A stretch of 64,000 nt of DNA, from assembly GCA_963803435.1 (NCBI GenBank), contig CAWDML010000009.1, forward strand, positions 96,001 through 160,000, given 5' to 3'. The stretch comes from an uncultured delta proteobacterium (GTDB taxonomy: Bacteria > Myxococcota > Kuafuiibacteriia > Kuafuiibacteriales > Kuafuiibacteriaceae). Position 1 is the stretch's first letter; every line of letters starts with the position of its first letter. Below, piece by piece: positions 18,867 through 28,674 of this stretch. The position numbers were made by a program, and so were the translations under genes. A model generated the notes under the pieces. That model made no database searches. It saw nothing but the letters and a program-made list of their open reading frames with translations, and was not told where the DNA came from.

Positions 18867-19332
18867 GAGCGTGTAGCGCGTAAGCGCTCACGCGACCCCG
18901 GTCCGGGTCCCGCGTGCGTTCCTCCAGGCCTACAATGCCCAAGTGTCGTAGATGAGCACGCTCAGGTGATTGTCGCCGAAGGGGTCAGCAACCAGGCACC
19001 TGATCAGCAACACCTCGTCCCGATGCTCCGTGATGTGTTCGGCGACTGCGGCGATGCTCCGCGGAAGATGACGGCAGACAACGTCCGTCCTCATCAGCTT
19101 CGGAGCCCACACCTGCCTCGCTCGCTCGCAAGCGAATGCGAGACAAGTTGCAAACGCGCGACGGCAAGGCGGTCTACGCCGTCTGCCTCACCCACAACCT
19201 GCTCAAGCTCTACCGATCGAAGCTCGTGACCGTCGCGAGCGTCTGACTCAAGGCAGCCATCTTCAGATCGGGACCCGGACCGGGACCGGGACCCGGACCG
19301 GGGTCGCGTGAGCGCTTACGCGCTACACGCTC
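18867..19332 (+). mobile_element. Internally deleted IS1182-family element (MITE-like remnant)
   Basis: 46-bp perfect terminal inverted repeats (GAGCGTGTAGCGCGTAAGCGCTCACGCGACCCCGGTCCGGGTCCCG) flanked by CTAG at 18863-18866 and 19333-19336. Transposase scraps FLQAYNAQV, QVIVAEGVSNQAPDQQHLVPML, RMRDKLQTRDGKAVYA and VCLTHNLLKLYR. Confidence 0.88.
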
Positions 19333-19410
19333 CTAGGCCGCCCGCTCTCCCCAGTTTCGAGCACCCTTCGCTCGCTCCTTTCGGCGCTTCGTGCTTAGAC
19401 AGCATGGGCG

Positions 19411-20166
19411 GTGAAGACGGAGGTGCTCGGCGCGTTCCGCCGGCTCGTCGAGCCGGTGTTGAGGGAGAGCGGTTTTCAAGGTCGGCGGGGGCACATGGTC
19501 CGCCGGGTCGGCGGGGTCACGCAGATCATCGAGGTTCAGCACTCGATCTACGGTGAGCGGTTGACGACGAACCTCGGGCTCGACCTCGAGTGGTTGCGGC
19601 CGACGATCCGCTGGATCCCGCGGCCCGCGCTCGGGCCGCATGCGCACGACAGCGTCCGGTGGGTCCGGATCGGGCTGATCGGGCCGGAGAAGTCGGATCG
19701 GTGGTGGGGGTACGGGGCGGAGACCGCCGGGCTCGAGGCGGCGATGCGATCGCTGGGGGAGGCGGTCGGCGCCGCCGGGCTGGCGTGGCTCGACGAGGCG
19801 AGCGATCCGCCCAGCTTTCTCGAGTATGCGCGCGAGCAGATGGAGCGGTCGCGGAGCGACCGGCATCCGGACGGCGGGTTCATGGAGCTCCGGTTGATGG
19901 CGGCGGTGCTGGCCTGGAACGGCGATCGAGATCAGGCGCTGAAGCTGGCCAATCGGGCGCGCGCCATCTGGAGCGAGGAGAAGGAGCGCCTGGAGAAGGC
20001 GCGGCACACCTATCGGAAGCGGCACCCGGGGCCGGGCCGGCTGCCGGGCGTACCCAACCTCCTGAGCGAGCTCGAGGCGCTCATTTCGCCCACCAAGGGT
20101 GAGTATCCTTTTGTGGCTCGAGCGCCCTCTTCGCGGCGGCGCCCGTCGCGGTCCGCGCGGCCTTGA
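19411..20166 (+). CDS. DUF4304-like protein
   Basis: V.P.LRE.GF.G......R......QIIEVQ.S.YG..LT.NLG and RIG......D.WW.Y pattern. Confidence 0.65.
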   Translation: MKTEVLGAFRRLVEPVLRESGFQGRRGHMVRRVGGVTQIIEVQHSIYGERLTTNLGLDLEWLRPTIRWIPRPALGPHAHDSVRWVRIGLIGPEKSDRWWGYGAETAGLEAAMRSLGEAVGAAGLAWLDEASDPPSFLEYAREQMERSRSDRHPDGGFMELRLMAAVLAWNGDRDQALKLANRARAIWSEEKERLEKARHTYRKRHPGPGRLPGVPNLLSELEALISPTKGEYPFVARAPSSRRRPSRSARP

Positions 20167-20770
20167 TCATCTCGGGCGGGACGAGCAGCGACTTGTCGCG
20201 ATCCCACGCGACCGCCCGGGCGAAGCCGACGAACCGTAGCTCGGTATCGAACACGGGCATCGCCAGGTGGAGCTGGAGGGACGTGCTCGGGTGGCCCTCG
20301 GCCTCGGGGGCCGATCCCGTCTGAGTGATCACGCCGCTGACCACGCCGGCCAGCTCGAGCGTGGAGACGAGCGCGAAGACGTCCGCGTCCTCCTTGCGAT
20401 CCTTCTTCTCCAGCGGCTTGGCCGGAGACAGGCCGGTGTCGGAGAGGGGCCGTTCGGTGGCGATGAGCGCGACGCGGCGCTCCACGTCCTCGAGGACGAC
20501 CTTCCCGGGGATCTCGACCCGCTTGGGTCCGATGATGCTCACTGCGCGCGCGTGCTCGGTGATGAAGTAGCTGGTGGCGACCAGCTTCTCTCCGATCACC
20601 GCGCCGAACCCGTTGCGCTCGCGCTCCGCCAGCGGCTGGCTCTTGTCGGGCGTGACCTTCACCTCGAGATAGGCGGTGTGCGTCTTGAGCAGGCGGCTGA
20701 GCTCGTCGAGGTGATCGGCCCGCTCGGGATCCCACTGCGAGATCAAGAGAAGCGCCAGCAGCGGGATCAC
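20081..20770 (-). CDS. Secreted trypsin-like (S1C) fold protein with a degenerate catalytic triad
   Basis: Signal peptide. GFGAVIGEKLVATSYFI stands where G.G....ILTN.HV is expected, then V..D.E..VAL, and LAMPVFD....VG where GNSGGP is expected. Confidence 0.6.
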   Translation of the reverse strand: MIPLLALLLISQWDPERADHLDELSRLLKTHTAYLEVKVTPDKSQPLAERERNGFGAVIGEKLVATSYFITEHARAVSIIGPKRVEIPGKVVLEDVERRVALIATERPLSDTGLSPAKPLEKKDRKEDADVFALVSTLELAGVVSGVITQTGSAPEAEGHPSTSLQLHLAMPVFDTELRFVGFARAVAWDRDKSLLVPPEMIKAARTATGAAAKRALEPQKDTHPWWAK

Positions 20771-22071
20771 GCAGCGTCCCCCTTCGACTCGTGTCCGAGC
20801 GGAACCAGCGTGCCGCGATCGCGCACCATCGGGACGCCCTCCTCGACGTGCGCCGGCACCACGGAGACGACCTCGTCGGGGCGCATCACGATCACGGTGT
20901 CGTTCGGGATCTCGCGGCCCGGCTGGATCAGCACCTTGGCGGCCACCTTCGCGCGGTGTCCCACGACCGACCCCAGGAACGAGCGCCCCGAGCCCACCAG
21001 CGCGCCCCGGTGGCTCACCTTCACGTCGCCGGCGAACTTGGCGTCGACGAAGCCGGCCCAGGCGTTCACGAACGCGCCGCGCCCGATGAGCGTCACCTGG
21101 AGCTTGTAGTTCCCGACGGTCGCCTCCGGATACACCACGGTGCTGACCAGGAACGTGTTCTCGGTGACCAGCGTGCGCGGGCCGATGACGGTGTTGAGCA
21201 GCACCGCGTGGTCCTGGATGATCGCGCCGTCCGCCACTACGCTGTTCCGGATGGTCGCGTGGGGACCGATCCTCACGCCGCGGCCGATCAGCGCGCCCGA
21301 GAGCCGCGCCGTCTTGTGGATCTCACAGCCGGGTCCGCAGCGCACCAGGCGGTCGAGAAGCTTGTTCCGATCCAGCGAGAACGCGGAGAGCGCGCGAAAC
21401 GCGGCCCAGATCGGATGACGGCGGAGCGTCTCCATCCAGCGGATGCCGAACGCGATCTGGTTGAGCCAGAGGATGTGCACCCAGTGCTCGATCGATACCA
21501 CCACGGTGGAGGTGACCGGGTACCGCATCTTCGTCTTCTCGCGCTCGCCGATCGTCGGCAGATGGATCTCCGCGACCAGCTCCCTCTTCGGGACGTCGAT
21601 GGGCGCGCCGCCCACGGCCCGGATCCACGCCACCGGATCTTGATCGGGCGGCGGGAGCTCGGCGCCGGCGTCGAGGAGCACGACGTCGTGGATGACGAGA
21701 TCATCCTTCTGCAAGACATCCTGCAAAGGGAGCGTGTACTCGACGGAGGCGTTCATCGAGAGCGCCAGCCGGCAGGGCCGGGGCGCCGACTTGGCGGCGA
21801 GGAGGAAGTCGCCGGCCGCCTTCTCGGAGAGATAGATCCGGTCGAGCATCAGGAGGACGGGGACCTTCGAGTCCCGGACCGCGCGCGCGGCCTCGCCGGC
21901 GTCGGCCACCCGGATCACCTCGAACGCGATGGTCTGGAAGGTCTGATCCTGGGTCTCGGCGAGGGTCTGGTGGGTGAAGAAGGCAGAAGAGACGTGATCC
22001 CCGAACGGCGAGATGACGGTGTCCGTCCGCAGGATGACCGCGCGCCCCTTCACTCGGAGGCACCTTATCAC
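20767..22071 (-). CDS. Hexapeptide-repeat (LbH) acyltransferase-like protein A
   Basis: Hexapeptide repeats (IGRGVRIGPHATIRNSVVADGAIIQDHA), GRSFLGSVVGH...IQPGREIPNDT and EHWVHILW. Confidence 0.8.
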   Translation of the reverse strand: MIRCLRVKGRAVILRTDTVISPFGDHVSSAFFTHQTLAETQDQTFQTIAFEVIRVADAGEAARAVRDSKVPVLLMLDRIYLSEKAAGDFLLAAKSAPRPCRLALSMNASVEYTLPLQDVLQKDDLVIHDVVLLDAGAELPPPDQDPVAWIRAVGGAPIDVPKRELVAEIHLPTIGEREKTKMRYPVTSTVVVSIEHWVHILWLNQIAFGIRWMETLRRHPIWAAFRALSAFSLDRNKLLDRLVRCGPGCEIHKTARLSGALIGRGVRIGPHATIRNSVVADGAIIQDHAVLLNTVIGPRTLVTENTFLVSTVVYPEATVGNYKLQVTLIGRGAFVNAWAGFVDAKFAGDVKVSHRGALVGSGRSFLGSVVGHRAKVAAKVLIQPGREIPNDTVIVMRPDEVVSVVPAHVEEGVPMVRDRGTLVPLGHESKGDAA

Positions 22072-22084
22072 GGTCGACCGAGGG

Positions 22085-23227
22085 TCAATCCACCTCTTCC
22101 GCCCGGTAGCCGGGCAGCACCCGCTCGACCGGGACCAGCGCGCCGTCGAACCAGCAGGCGGGCGCGCCGTTCGCCACGTCGAAGCGCATGACGCCCTCCT
22201 CTCGCCGCATCACCACCGTCGTGCGGTTTGGCAGCGCCCGGCCGGGCGCCACGATCGTCCGCGCGCCCAGGATGCACCCGTGTCCGACGCAGCCGCCCAG
22301 GCTCTTCCGCCCGGTGTCGATCAAGCGACCGTCGCGATCGACCCGGATCGTCCGCTCGATCCCTTCGTTCCAGAAGATCACCCCGGTGGTGAGGAAGACG
22401 CTGCGGCCGAGCAGCGTGTCACGGAGGAGGAGGTTCGAGAGCGTTCCCTCGCCGAACGCCACCGCGAAGTAGAAGCTGGCGTCCGCCAGCGTGTGGGTCC
22501 CGCCGCCCAGGACCGAGCGCGTCACCTTGGTGAAGTCCGAGAGCGTGGCTTGGGGGCCGACGTACGCGTCCTGGAGCGCGCAGTCCGCGCCGATCGACGC
22601 GCCCTCTCCGATCACCGAGCCCTCGACGTGCGCCGTGTGATGGACGCTCGCGCTCTTCGCGATGGCGTTGTTGCGGCGCTTCAGGTGCCGCCGCAGCGCC
22701 GGGATCAAGAGCGGCGCGACCCACAACAGGTGGACCCAGTGCTCGAGGTGCGCCGCCAGCACGCCGTCGGCGGGCAGATCGAGGTGATGCGGCGGCGGAC
22801 CGACCCGATGGATCTCCCGCCGGAACGTCCGGTCCTCGACGACGGCGAGGACCGGATCCGCTTCGCGGCGGAGGGCCGCCAGATCCATCCCGTCCGGCGC
22901 GTCCGAGAACACGTCGAAGAGCAGCCGCTCGCCGTCGCGCTCGATGCTGGAGACGGGCGCGAGGAGCGCCGAGCTGGAGGAGGCGGGCAGGGCCAGGCGG
23001 GCCGGCCGACCTCGGGGCGCCTCCCGGAGGAACGCAGAGAGCACGGGCGCGGTGGCGATCGCGTGATCGGCGAAGGTGAGGCGCTCGGGTGCGCCCGCCG
23101 CCTCCGCCTCGCGGCAGCGAAAGCCGGCGACGTCCCGATCGAGCAGCGGGAGATCGACGACGCGGTCGCCGAACGGAGCGATGCGCGTATCGAGATCCAG
23201 CACGCGCACGACGGCCGAAGTCATCAC
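22085..23227 (-). CDS. Hexapeptide-repeat (LbH) acyltransferase-like protein B, paralog of the adjacent gene
   Basis: VEGSVIGEGASIGADCALQDAYVG, GRKSLGGCVGH...VAPGRALPNRT and EHWVHLLW. Confidence 0.8.
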   Translation of the reverse strand: MMTSAVVRVLDLDTRIAPFGDRVVDLPLLDRDVAGFRCREAEAAGAPERLTFADHAIATAPVLSAFLREAPRGRPARLALPASSSSALLAPVSSIERDGERLLFDVFSDAPDGMDLAALRREADPVLAVVEDRTFRREIHRVGPPPHHLDLPADGVLAAHLEHWVHLLWVAPLLIPALRRHLKRRNNAIAKSASVHHTAHVEGSVIGEGASIGADCALQDAYVGPQATLSDFTKVTRSVLGGGTHTLADASFYFAVAFGEGTLSNLLLRDTLLGRSVFLTTGVIFWNEGIERTIRVDRDGRLIDTGRKSLGGCVGHGCILGARTIVAPGRALPNRTTVVMRREEGVMRFDVANGAPACWFDGALVPVERVLPGYRAEEVD

Positions 23228-23242
23228 GGTCCGGGATCGCCG

Positions 23243-24499
23243 TCAATGCGGCCCATCGAACCACGCCGACGGCATACTCTGCGAGACCAGCTCCGCGACG
23301 CTGAAGGCGGTGAGGTTCGTCCCCGCCGACATCTGCTCGGCGAAGAGCGAGCGCTGGAAGCTCCGCGCGATCATCGTGGCGCTCGGATAGCGGGAGGACA
23401 TGGTGAGCGCGGTTCGTAGGTTCACTCCGCCGTCGCCGCAGCCGATGACGATGACCGGCGCACAGCGCTCGAAGTGGAAGCGCTCGTCGAGCTCGCGCCA
23501 GAGCAGCGGATCCCGAAGATCGCGGTCCATGATCACCCGCTCGTAGCCGTCGTCGAAGCCGATCTGGTTGTCGAAGATCGCCGCGCCCTGCACGGCCATC
23601 AGGTCGATGATCACGACGGTGTGGAACTTGCCCGCCGCCTCTCTCTGGAGCTGATCGAGCACCGTCTGTCCGAAGCGGCCGAAGCCCGCCAGGACCACCA
23701 GATCGCGCGGCGCCGTGCGATCGAAGTGAGCCAGGAGGTGGGTCGCCACCAGATGGGACGCCGCGATCTGATGCACGTTGAAGGTCTCGCCCCGCACGTG
23801 CACGCCGTTGATCGCACGGAGGAAGCGCAGGTCCGAGACATGCGCGATCGTGCGCGCGGAGATCTCGGGTGCGATCGTCCGGATCTTCGCCGCCGCCTCC
23901 AGGTTCGCGAAGTCGTCGCCGGTGAGCAGCACCACCCGCTGGGCCCGGTCGAGCCGCAGGTGTTGGAGCAGCGCCCCGTTCGTGACGTCGCCGTTCAGCA
24001 CGTGAACGTGGTGGACGTCGCGGGCCTCTTCGAGGCCCACCTGGTCCTCACGCGGCTCGATCACCACGACGGGCACGCGCGGCTGCACGGCGCGCAGGCG
24101 GCGCAGGAACAGGAGCGTGAGCTGGCCGCAGCCGCCGATCACCACGTGTCCGCGCAGCCGCCGCATCCACCAGATCTGCGGCTGGATCAGGAGCATCAGC
24201 CCCTCGACCACGGCTGAGACCGTCACCGCCGGAGCCGCGAAGTACGCGAACCAGAGCAGGCCACGCGCGACCGGCGGTCCCAGCACCGGAGTGCCCAGGT
24301 CCATCCCGCCCAGCACGAACAGCCCGAGCGTATAGTAGATCTTGGTCAACAGATCGCCGGTCGGGATCGACATCCGCTCCGAGGGACCTGCGCCCATGGT
24401 GAACGCCGTCAGGCCGGTGCCCGCGACCAGGAACAGGATGAGGAGGCGACCGCGCCAGCCGCGGGTCAGGTGCTTTTGCCGGGTGCGGGCGAGGTCCAT
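23243..24499 (-). CDS. Potassium-channel-like membrane protein with two TrkA-N/RCK NAD-binding domains
   Basis: N-terminal TMs with a pore-like YYTLGLFVLGGMDLG. GHVVIGGCGQL, GD.T....L....L..A..VVLLT.DDFANL and a second VVLAGFGRFGQT. ATG overlaps the upstream TGA. Confidence 0.8.
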   Translation of the reverse strand: MDLARTRQKHLTRGWRGRLLILFLVAGTGLTAFTMGAGPSERMSIPTGDLLTKIYYTLGLFVLGGMDLGTPVLGPPVARGLLWFAYFAAPAVTVSAVVEGLMLLIQPQIWWMRRLRGHVVIGGCGQLTLLFLRRLRAVQPRVPVVVIEPREDQVGLEEARDVHHVHVLNGDVTNGALLQHLRLDRAQRVVLLTGDDFANLEAAAKIRTIAPEISARTIAHVSDLRFLRAINGVHVRGETFNVHQIAASHLVATHLLAHFDRTAPRDLVVLAGFGRFGQTVLDQLQREAAGKFHTVVIIDLMAVQGAAIFDNQIGFDDGYERVIMDRDLRDPLLWRELDERFHFERCAPVIVIGCGDGGVNLRTALTMSSRYPSATMIARSFQRSLFAEQMSAGTNLTAFSVAELVSQSMPSAWFDGPH

Positions 24500-25974
24500 C
24501 AGCAGCCGGAAGCGTACGTGATCTCGATCCGTTCGCCGAGCTGGGGCTCGTGCCCGGCGGAGAAGATCACGGCATTCTGTCCGCTGTCGTAGGTCCAGTT
24601 GGCGCCGCCGGCGCTCGGGACGGCCGTCCCGCCCACCGTCACTTCGATGGTGGCGGGATCGCGCGGCGTCAGGCTGAGCGCGAAGGTGGTGCCGTGCGGC
24701 ACCGGTGGGAGCGTGCTCATGGCGAGGGTCCAGTCGGCGGTGCAGGCGTCGCTGGCGGCGCCGCCGGTGTTCTGGGCCATCCCGAGCTGCCGGCCGCCGT
24801 AGAAGGCGGTGGTGCCGTCGTCGAGCGGGCACGAGCTCAGCTGCGGCACGATCACGTTCGCCATGGCGATCGCCGGGTTGCTCTTCAGGCTCTGGAGGAA
24901 CGAGGAGTAGGTCGACACCGTCATGGGCGAGGTGTCGGGCTGCTTGGCGAGATAGATGACGAGGAGCGCCGCGTTGGCCCGCAGGAAGCCGGCGTTCACG
25001 CCGAGCGTGATCAGAGGCGCAGAGAGCGCCAGGCGCGAGGCCTCGAGCCCGTCGTCGGCGGGGAAGCCGGCCTCGCCGACCAGCACGCGGGCCTCGAGGT
25101 CGGCCTGGGGATCGGTGACGTTGTCGCGGGTGACGAACGGCGGTGTTCCTTCGAGCGCGCCCTGATCGCCTTGAGCGCTGACGTCTGCGTTGGTCACGCC
25201 GATCTGGTAGTCCCAGCCCTCGAGATCGAGCCGCGACAGCATCGCCGGCAGGTGCGTGGCCAGCCGCTGCTCCAGCTGCAGCATGGCGTTGTTGTCGTCG
25301 AGGACGAACAGGATGTCGATCGGCCCGGCGCGCTGCGTGAGCGTGTCCGTGACGGTCGGTCCGGCGACGGCCATGCCGGTGAGATCGACGGTCTTGGGGA
25401 CCGGATCCGGCTGGTACGAGACCAGCAGGCGACCGTTGTGCACGCCCGGCGTGTCGGGGAGGAAGGCGAGGTCGACGCCCCTCGAGGCACCGGGGATCAG
25501 TGTGAAAGGCGTGGCCAGGGGCACGATGGTGAAGGCGGGCGAGCTTCCTCCCGCCAGCGCGAGGCCGGTGACCGAGACGGTCATGACGCCCAGGTTCGTG
25601 AGCATCGCCGTCTCGTCGGGGCCCGTGCAGTCGACCGGGCGCGAACCGAAGTCGATCGCGGTCGGGCTCACCTGGAGGAAGTAGCCGGCATCGGTGGTGC
25701 CGCTGTCGCCGAGCGGCGCGGCGTCGAGCTGACCCGCGTCTTCGGCGCCGTCGGGCGCGCCAGCGTCGAGCTCGGCGTCGGGCGCGCCGGCGTCGGGCTC
25801 GGCGTCTCGCGCGAGGGCGTCGGGGAGACCGGCGTCGAGGTCGGGCGCGGCGACGCACGCGCCGTTGACGCACATGCTGGCGGCGGGGCAGTCGAGCTCC
25901 GAGTAGCAGTCGACCTGGTCGAAGCTGGGGATGCAGCCGGACGCGAGGACGGACAGGGCGAGGAGGCGGCGCAC
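24499..25974 (-). CDS. Lipoprotein with a Cys-rich N-terminus, an Ig-like (choice-of-anchor D/ASH) domain and a VWA-like domain
   Basis: ASGC lipobox, DAG linker and V.P..IDFG......L.N.G...F.P...G...G.L. DILFVLDDNNAM is a degenerate MIDAS. FLRANAALLVIYL and WTYDSGQNAVIF. Confidence 0.85.
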   Translation of the reverse strand: MRRLLALSVLASGCIPSFDQVDCYSELDCPAASMCVNGACVAAPDLDAGLPDALARDAEPDAGAPDAELDAGAPDGAEDAGQLDAAPLGDSGTTDAGYFLQVSPTAIDFGSRPVDCTGPDETAMLTNLGVMTVSVTGLALAGGSSPAFTIVPLATPFTLIPGASRGVDLAFLPDTPGVHNGRLLVSYQPDPVPKTVDLTGMAVAGPTVTDTLTQRAGPIDILFVLDDNNAMLQLEQRLATHLPAMLSRLDLEGWDYQIGVTNADVSAQGDQGALEGTPPFVTRDNVTDPQADLEARVLVGEAGFPADDGLEASRLALSAPLITLGVNAGFLRANAALLVIYLAKQPDTSPMTVSTYSSFLQSLKSNPAIAMANVIVPQLSSCPLDDGTTAFYGGRQLGMAQNTGGAASDACTADWTLAMSTLPPVPHGTTFALSLTPRDPATIEVTVGGTAVPSAGGANWTYDSGQNAVIFSAGHEPQLGERIEITYASGC

Positions 25975-26921
25975 TAGAATCTCCCCGCGACGCCGGCGCC
26001 GCCGGGACCGACCGCCGGCACGAGCGCGACGGGGGCGCTGTCGTTCGCGGGCCCGCGGGTGACGAACAGCAGCACCACGCCGGTGGCGACGCCTGCGATC
26101 CCCACGCCGTAGGCGACATGCGCGACGATGGCGTCGCGACGCGCGTCCTCCTGCAGCGCGACGATGTCCGCCTTGGGCAGCGGCGTCTGGCGCGCCGCCT
26201 TCTCGTGGTCGATCGCCTTCAGCGCCAGCGCGGTGAAGACGGCGCCCGTCGCCAGGCCGGCCGCACCGACGCCGAACCCGACCCAGGTGAACGGGCTCGG
26301 ACCTGGGCTCGGCGGGGTGGTGTCGACCCGGAGCGGCGGCGGTGGCGGTGGTGGCGGGGGCGCGGCCTTGAGCGGCAGCTCGAGCGTCAGCGCCTGCGGC
26401 TGTCCGCGGGCGACCGAGATCGTCTTCATGGCGCGCTCGTGCCCGGACAGGTCCAGCACCAACGTGTAGTCGCCGGGCAGCAGCCGCGTGGTGAAGGGCG
26501 TCTCACCGCGAAACGTTCCGTCGACGGCGACCCGTGCCCCCGCCGGCGTGGAGTCGATCGCGATCTCGACCCGACAGGTGCGCTCGACGTCGGCCAGGGT
26601 CTTCCTCGCCCGGGACTGAAGCTTGCAGCCGTCGCACTCGGTGAAGAACCAATCGAAGGTGTCGAGGCTGTCCTGGCAGTGGCCCGGCCAGCGGTCGTAG
26701 GCCACCGCGATGTTGAGGAGGAAACCAGGGTGTGGGATGAGCGCGTACGCGTCCTCCATCTCCGCGATGCCGCCGGCGTAGTCGCCGGCCTCGAAGAGCT
26801 GGAACGCCTTGTTCTTGTGGGCGGCCACGCGGGCTTTCTTGCTCTGGGCGCCGGCCGGGCCGCCGAGCGCGAGGATGAGGGTTGTGACGGTCATCAACCC
26901 GATGAACCCGGCGCGAGTCAT
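25974..26921 (-). CDS. TPR plus PEGA domain protein with C-terminal membrane segments
   Basis: Signal peptide, F..GDY..........AY.L.P.P..L.NIA..Y and PEGA I.STPAGA.V.VDG...G.TP......PG.Y.L.L.L.G. Confidence 0.88.
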   Translation of the reverse strand: MTRAGFIGLMTVTTLILALGGPAGAQSKKARVAAHKNKAFQLFEAGDYAGGIAEMEDAYALIPHPGFLLNIAVAYDRWPGHCQDSLDTFDWFFTECDGCKLQSRARKTLADVERTCRVEIAIDSTPAGARVAVDGTFRGETPFTTRLLPGDYTLVLDLSGHERAMKTISVARGQPQALTLELPLKAAPPPPPPPPPLRVDTTPPSPGPSPFTWVGFGVGAAGLATGAVFTALALKAIDHEKAARQTPLPKADIVALQEDARRDAIVAHVAYGVGIAGVATGVVLLFVTRGPANDSAPVALVPAVGPGGAGVAGRF

Positions 26922-27015
26922 CTTCCCCTGTTATACGGTGCTCGCGCCCGAACTTCACCGTCCCTCTGGAAGGTAGGATGACGAAAGACGGAGCGTAGGA
27001 TCCCTGGGGTCTGGG

Positions 27016-28466
27016 TTGTCGTTTTCAGGTCTCATCGAGTGCCCGACCTGCGGGTGTAGCTACCCGCCCGGGACCGAGCATTGTCCCATGGACGGGACCC
27101 GCCTCTCGCTGACCGCGTTCGACGAGGCGGTCACCATCGACGATCCGCTGATCGGCTCCACGCTCGACGGTCGCTATCAGGTGCTGGAGCTGGTGGGCCG
27201 CGGCGGCATGGGCGCGGTCTATCGCGCGCGCCAGGTCAACATCGGACGCGACGTCGCGGTGAAGGTCGTCAACAGCTTCGTGCTTCAGGAGCCGTCGCTC
27301 ATCCGCCGCTTCGAGAACGAGGCCCGCATCATCTCCGCGCTCCGCCACCCCAATACGCTCAAGCTGATCGACTTCGGCAAGACGCGGGACCAGCGGCCGT
27401 ACCTGGTGACCGAGTTTCTAGTGGGCCGTCCTCTCGAACGCGTGGTGAAGGAGGGGGCCGTCGACGTCTTCTGGATCCTGCGCATCGTGCGCCAGGTGGT
27501 CGATGCCCTGACCGAGGCGCATGCGGCCGGCATCGTGCATCGCGATCTCAAGCCGGACAACATCTTCATCGAGCACGTCGGCGGCGACGACATCGTGCGC
27601 GTGCTCGACTTCGGGATCGCGAAGCTCGGACACCAGGGGCACACCGCGACCGGCACGCTCTTCGGGACGCCAACGTACATGTCGCCGGAGCAGGCCCGCG
27701 GTGAGGTCGCGGACGCGCGCAGCGATCTCTACAGCCTGGGCGTGATCTTGTTCCGCGCGATCAGCGGCCGGCCGCCGTTCCTCGCCGAGGAGCCGATGGC
27801 GCTCTTGCTGCAGCACGTGAACGAGGCCCCGCCGCTCCTCTCGCAGGTGGCGCCGCAGGTGGTCCCCCCCGAGGTGGAGCAGCTGGTGATGGCGCTCCTG
27901 GAGAAGGAGCCGGGGCGCCGTCCCGCTTCCGCCCAGGAGGTCAAGCAGCACATCGAGGCGGTGCTTCAGGCGACCCCGAGCCAGCCGGTGGCCCGCCCCT
28001 ATCCCACGCCGGCGCCCAACCTGGGCACGGCGATCGAATCCCCACGCCGCGGCCCCGTTCAGCACGGGCTTGATCACGACGGGGCTCCTCGACGACCTCA
28101 GGGGCCCGAACCTGCTCAAGCCGCTCGGGTTGGCGCTCCTGGCCCTCGCCATCGGGGTGGTCGCCGGCGCGTTCGCCATCCGCCAGGACTCGAAGGAGGT
28201 GCCCGCCAAGGTGGTGGCGCCGCCGCCGTCGCGCCCGCGGCTCGTGAGCCCGAAGACGTTCGAAGCGCCGCCGAAGCTGGAGCCGCCGCCGAAGGTGGAG
28301 CTGCCACCGAAGGCCGAGGCGAAGAAGGTCTCGCCCCGAATCCAAGTCGGAGCGGAGGAAGAAGCGGGACAAGGAGAAGGTCCATCCCGCCGGCCGGGAC
28401 AAGACGAGTCCGCCCGCCGACGAGAAACCGCCGCCGGGTTTCATCGACTTCGAAGTCGGTGACTGA
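27016..28466 (+). CDS. Ser/Thr protein kinase with an N-terminal zinc ribbon and a C-terminal TM, frameshifted in the 3' part
   Basis: CPTC...CPMDG, GRGGMGAVY, VAVK, HRDLKPDN, DFG, GTPTYMSPEQ and SDLYSLG. The TM segment lies in the 28070..28462 frame and the likely end PPPGFIDFEVGD* at 28466 in a further frame. Confidence 0.85.
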
Positions 28467-28674
28467 CGGCGCCGAAGGCTCGTTTCGGCACGTCCTTTTA
28501 TCGAACGAGCTGTCGCCGTTCACCCCACCGTGGAAGGGTGCCACACTTCCATCGATGCGCCGCATCGCGCTCCGGGGTGCGAATTGGAGTGGAACCGTGC
28601 TGGGCGAGTTCCCGCTCGGGTCCTTCCAAGGGGGCATTGAAGTCCGTGATTCGCGCCGCGAATAGTCGCGCGCC

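Noticed and set aside
18966-19229. 87-aa ORF as a functional transposase
   Set aside because: It is a fragment with frameshifts and large deletions and lacks most of the DDE domain.
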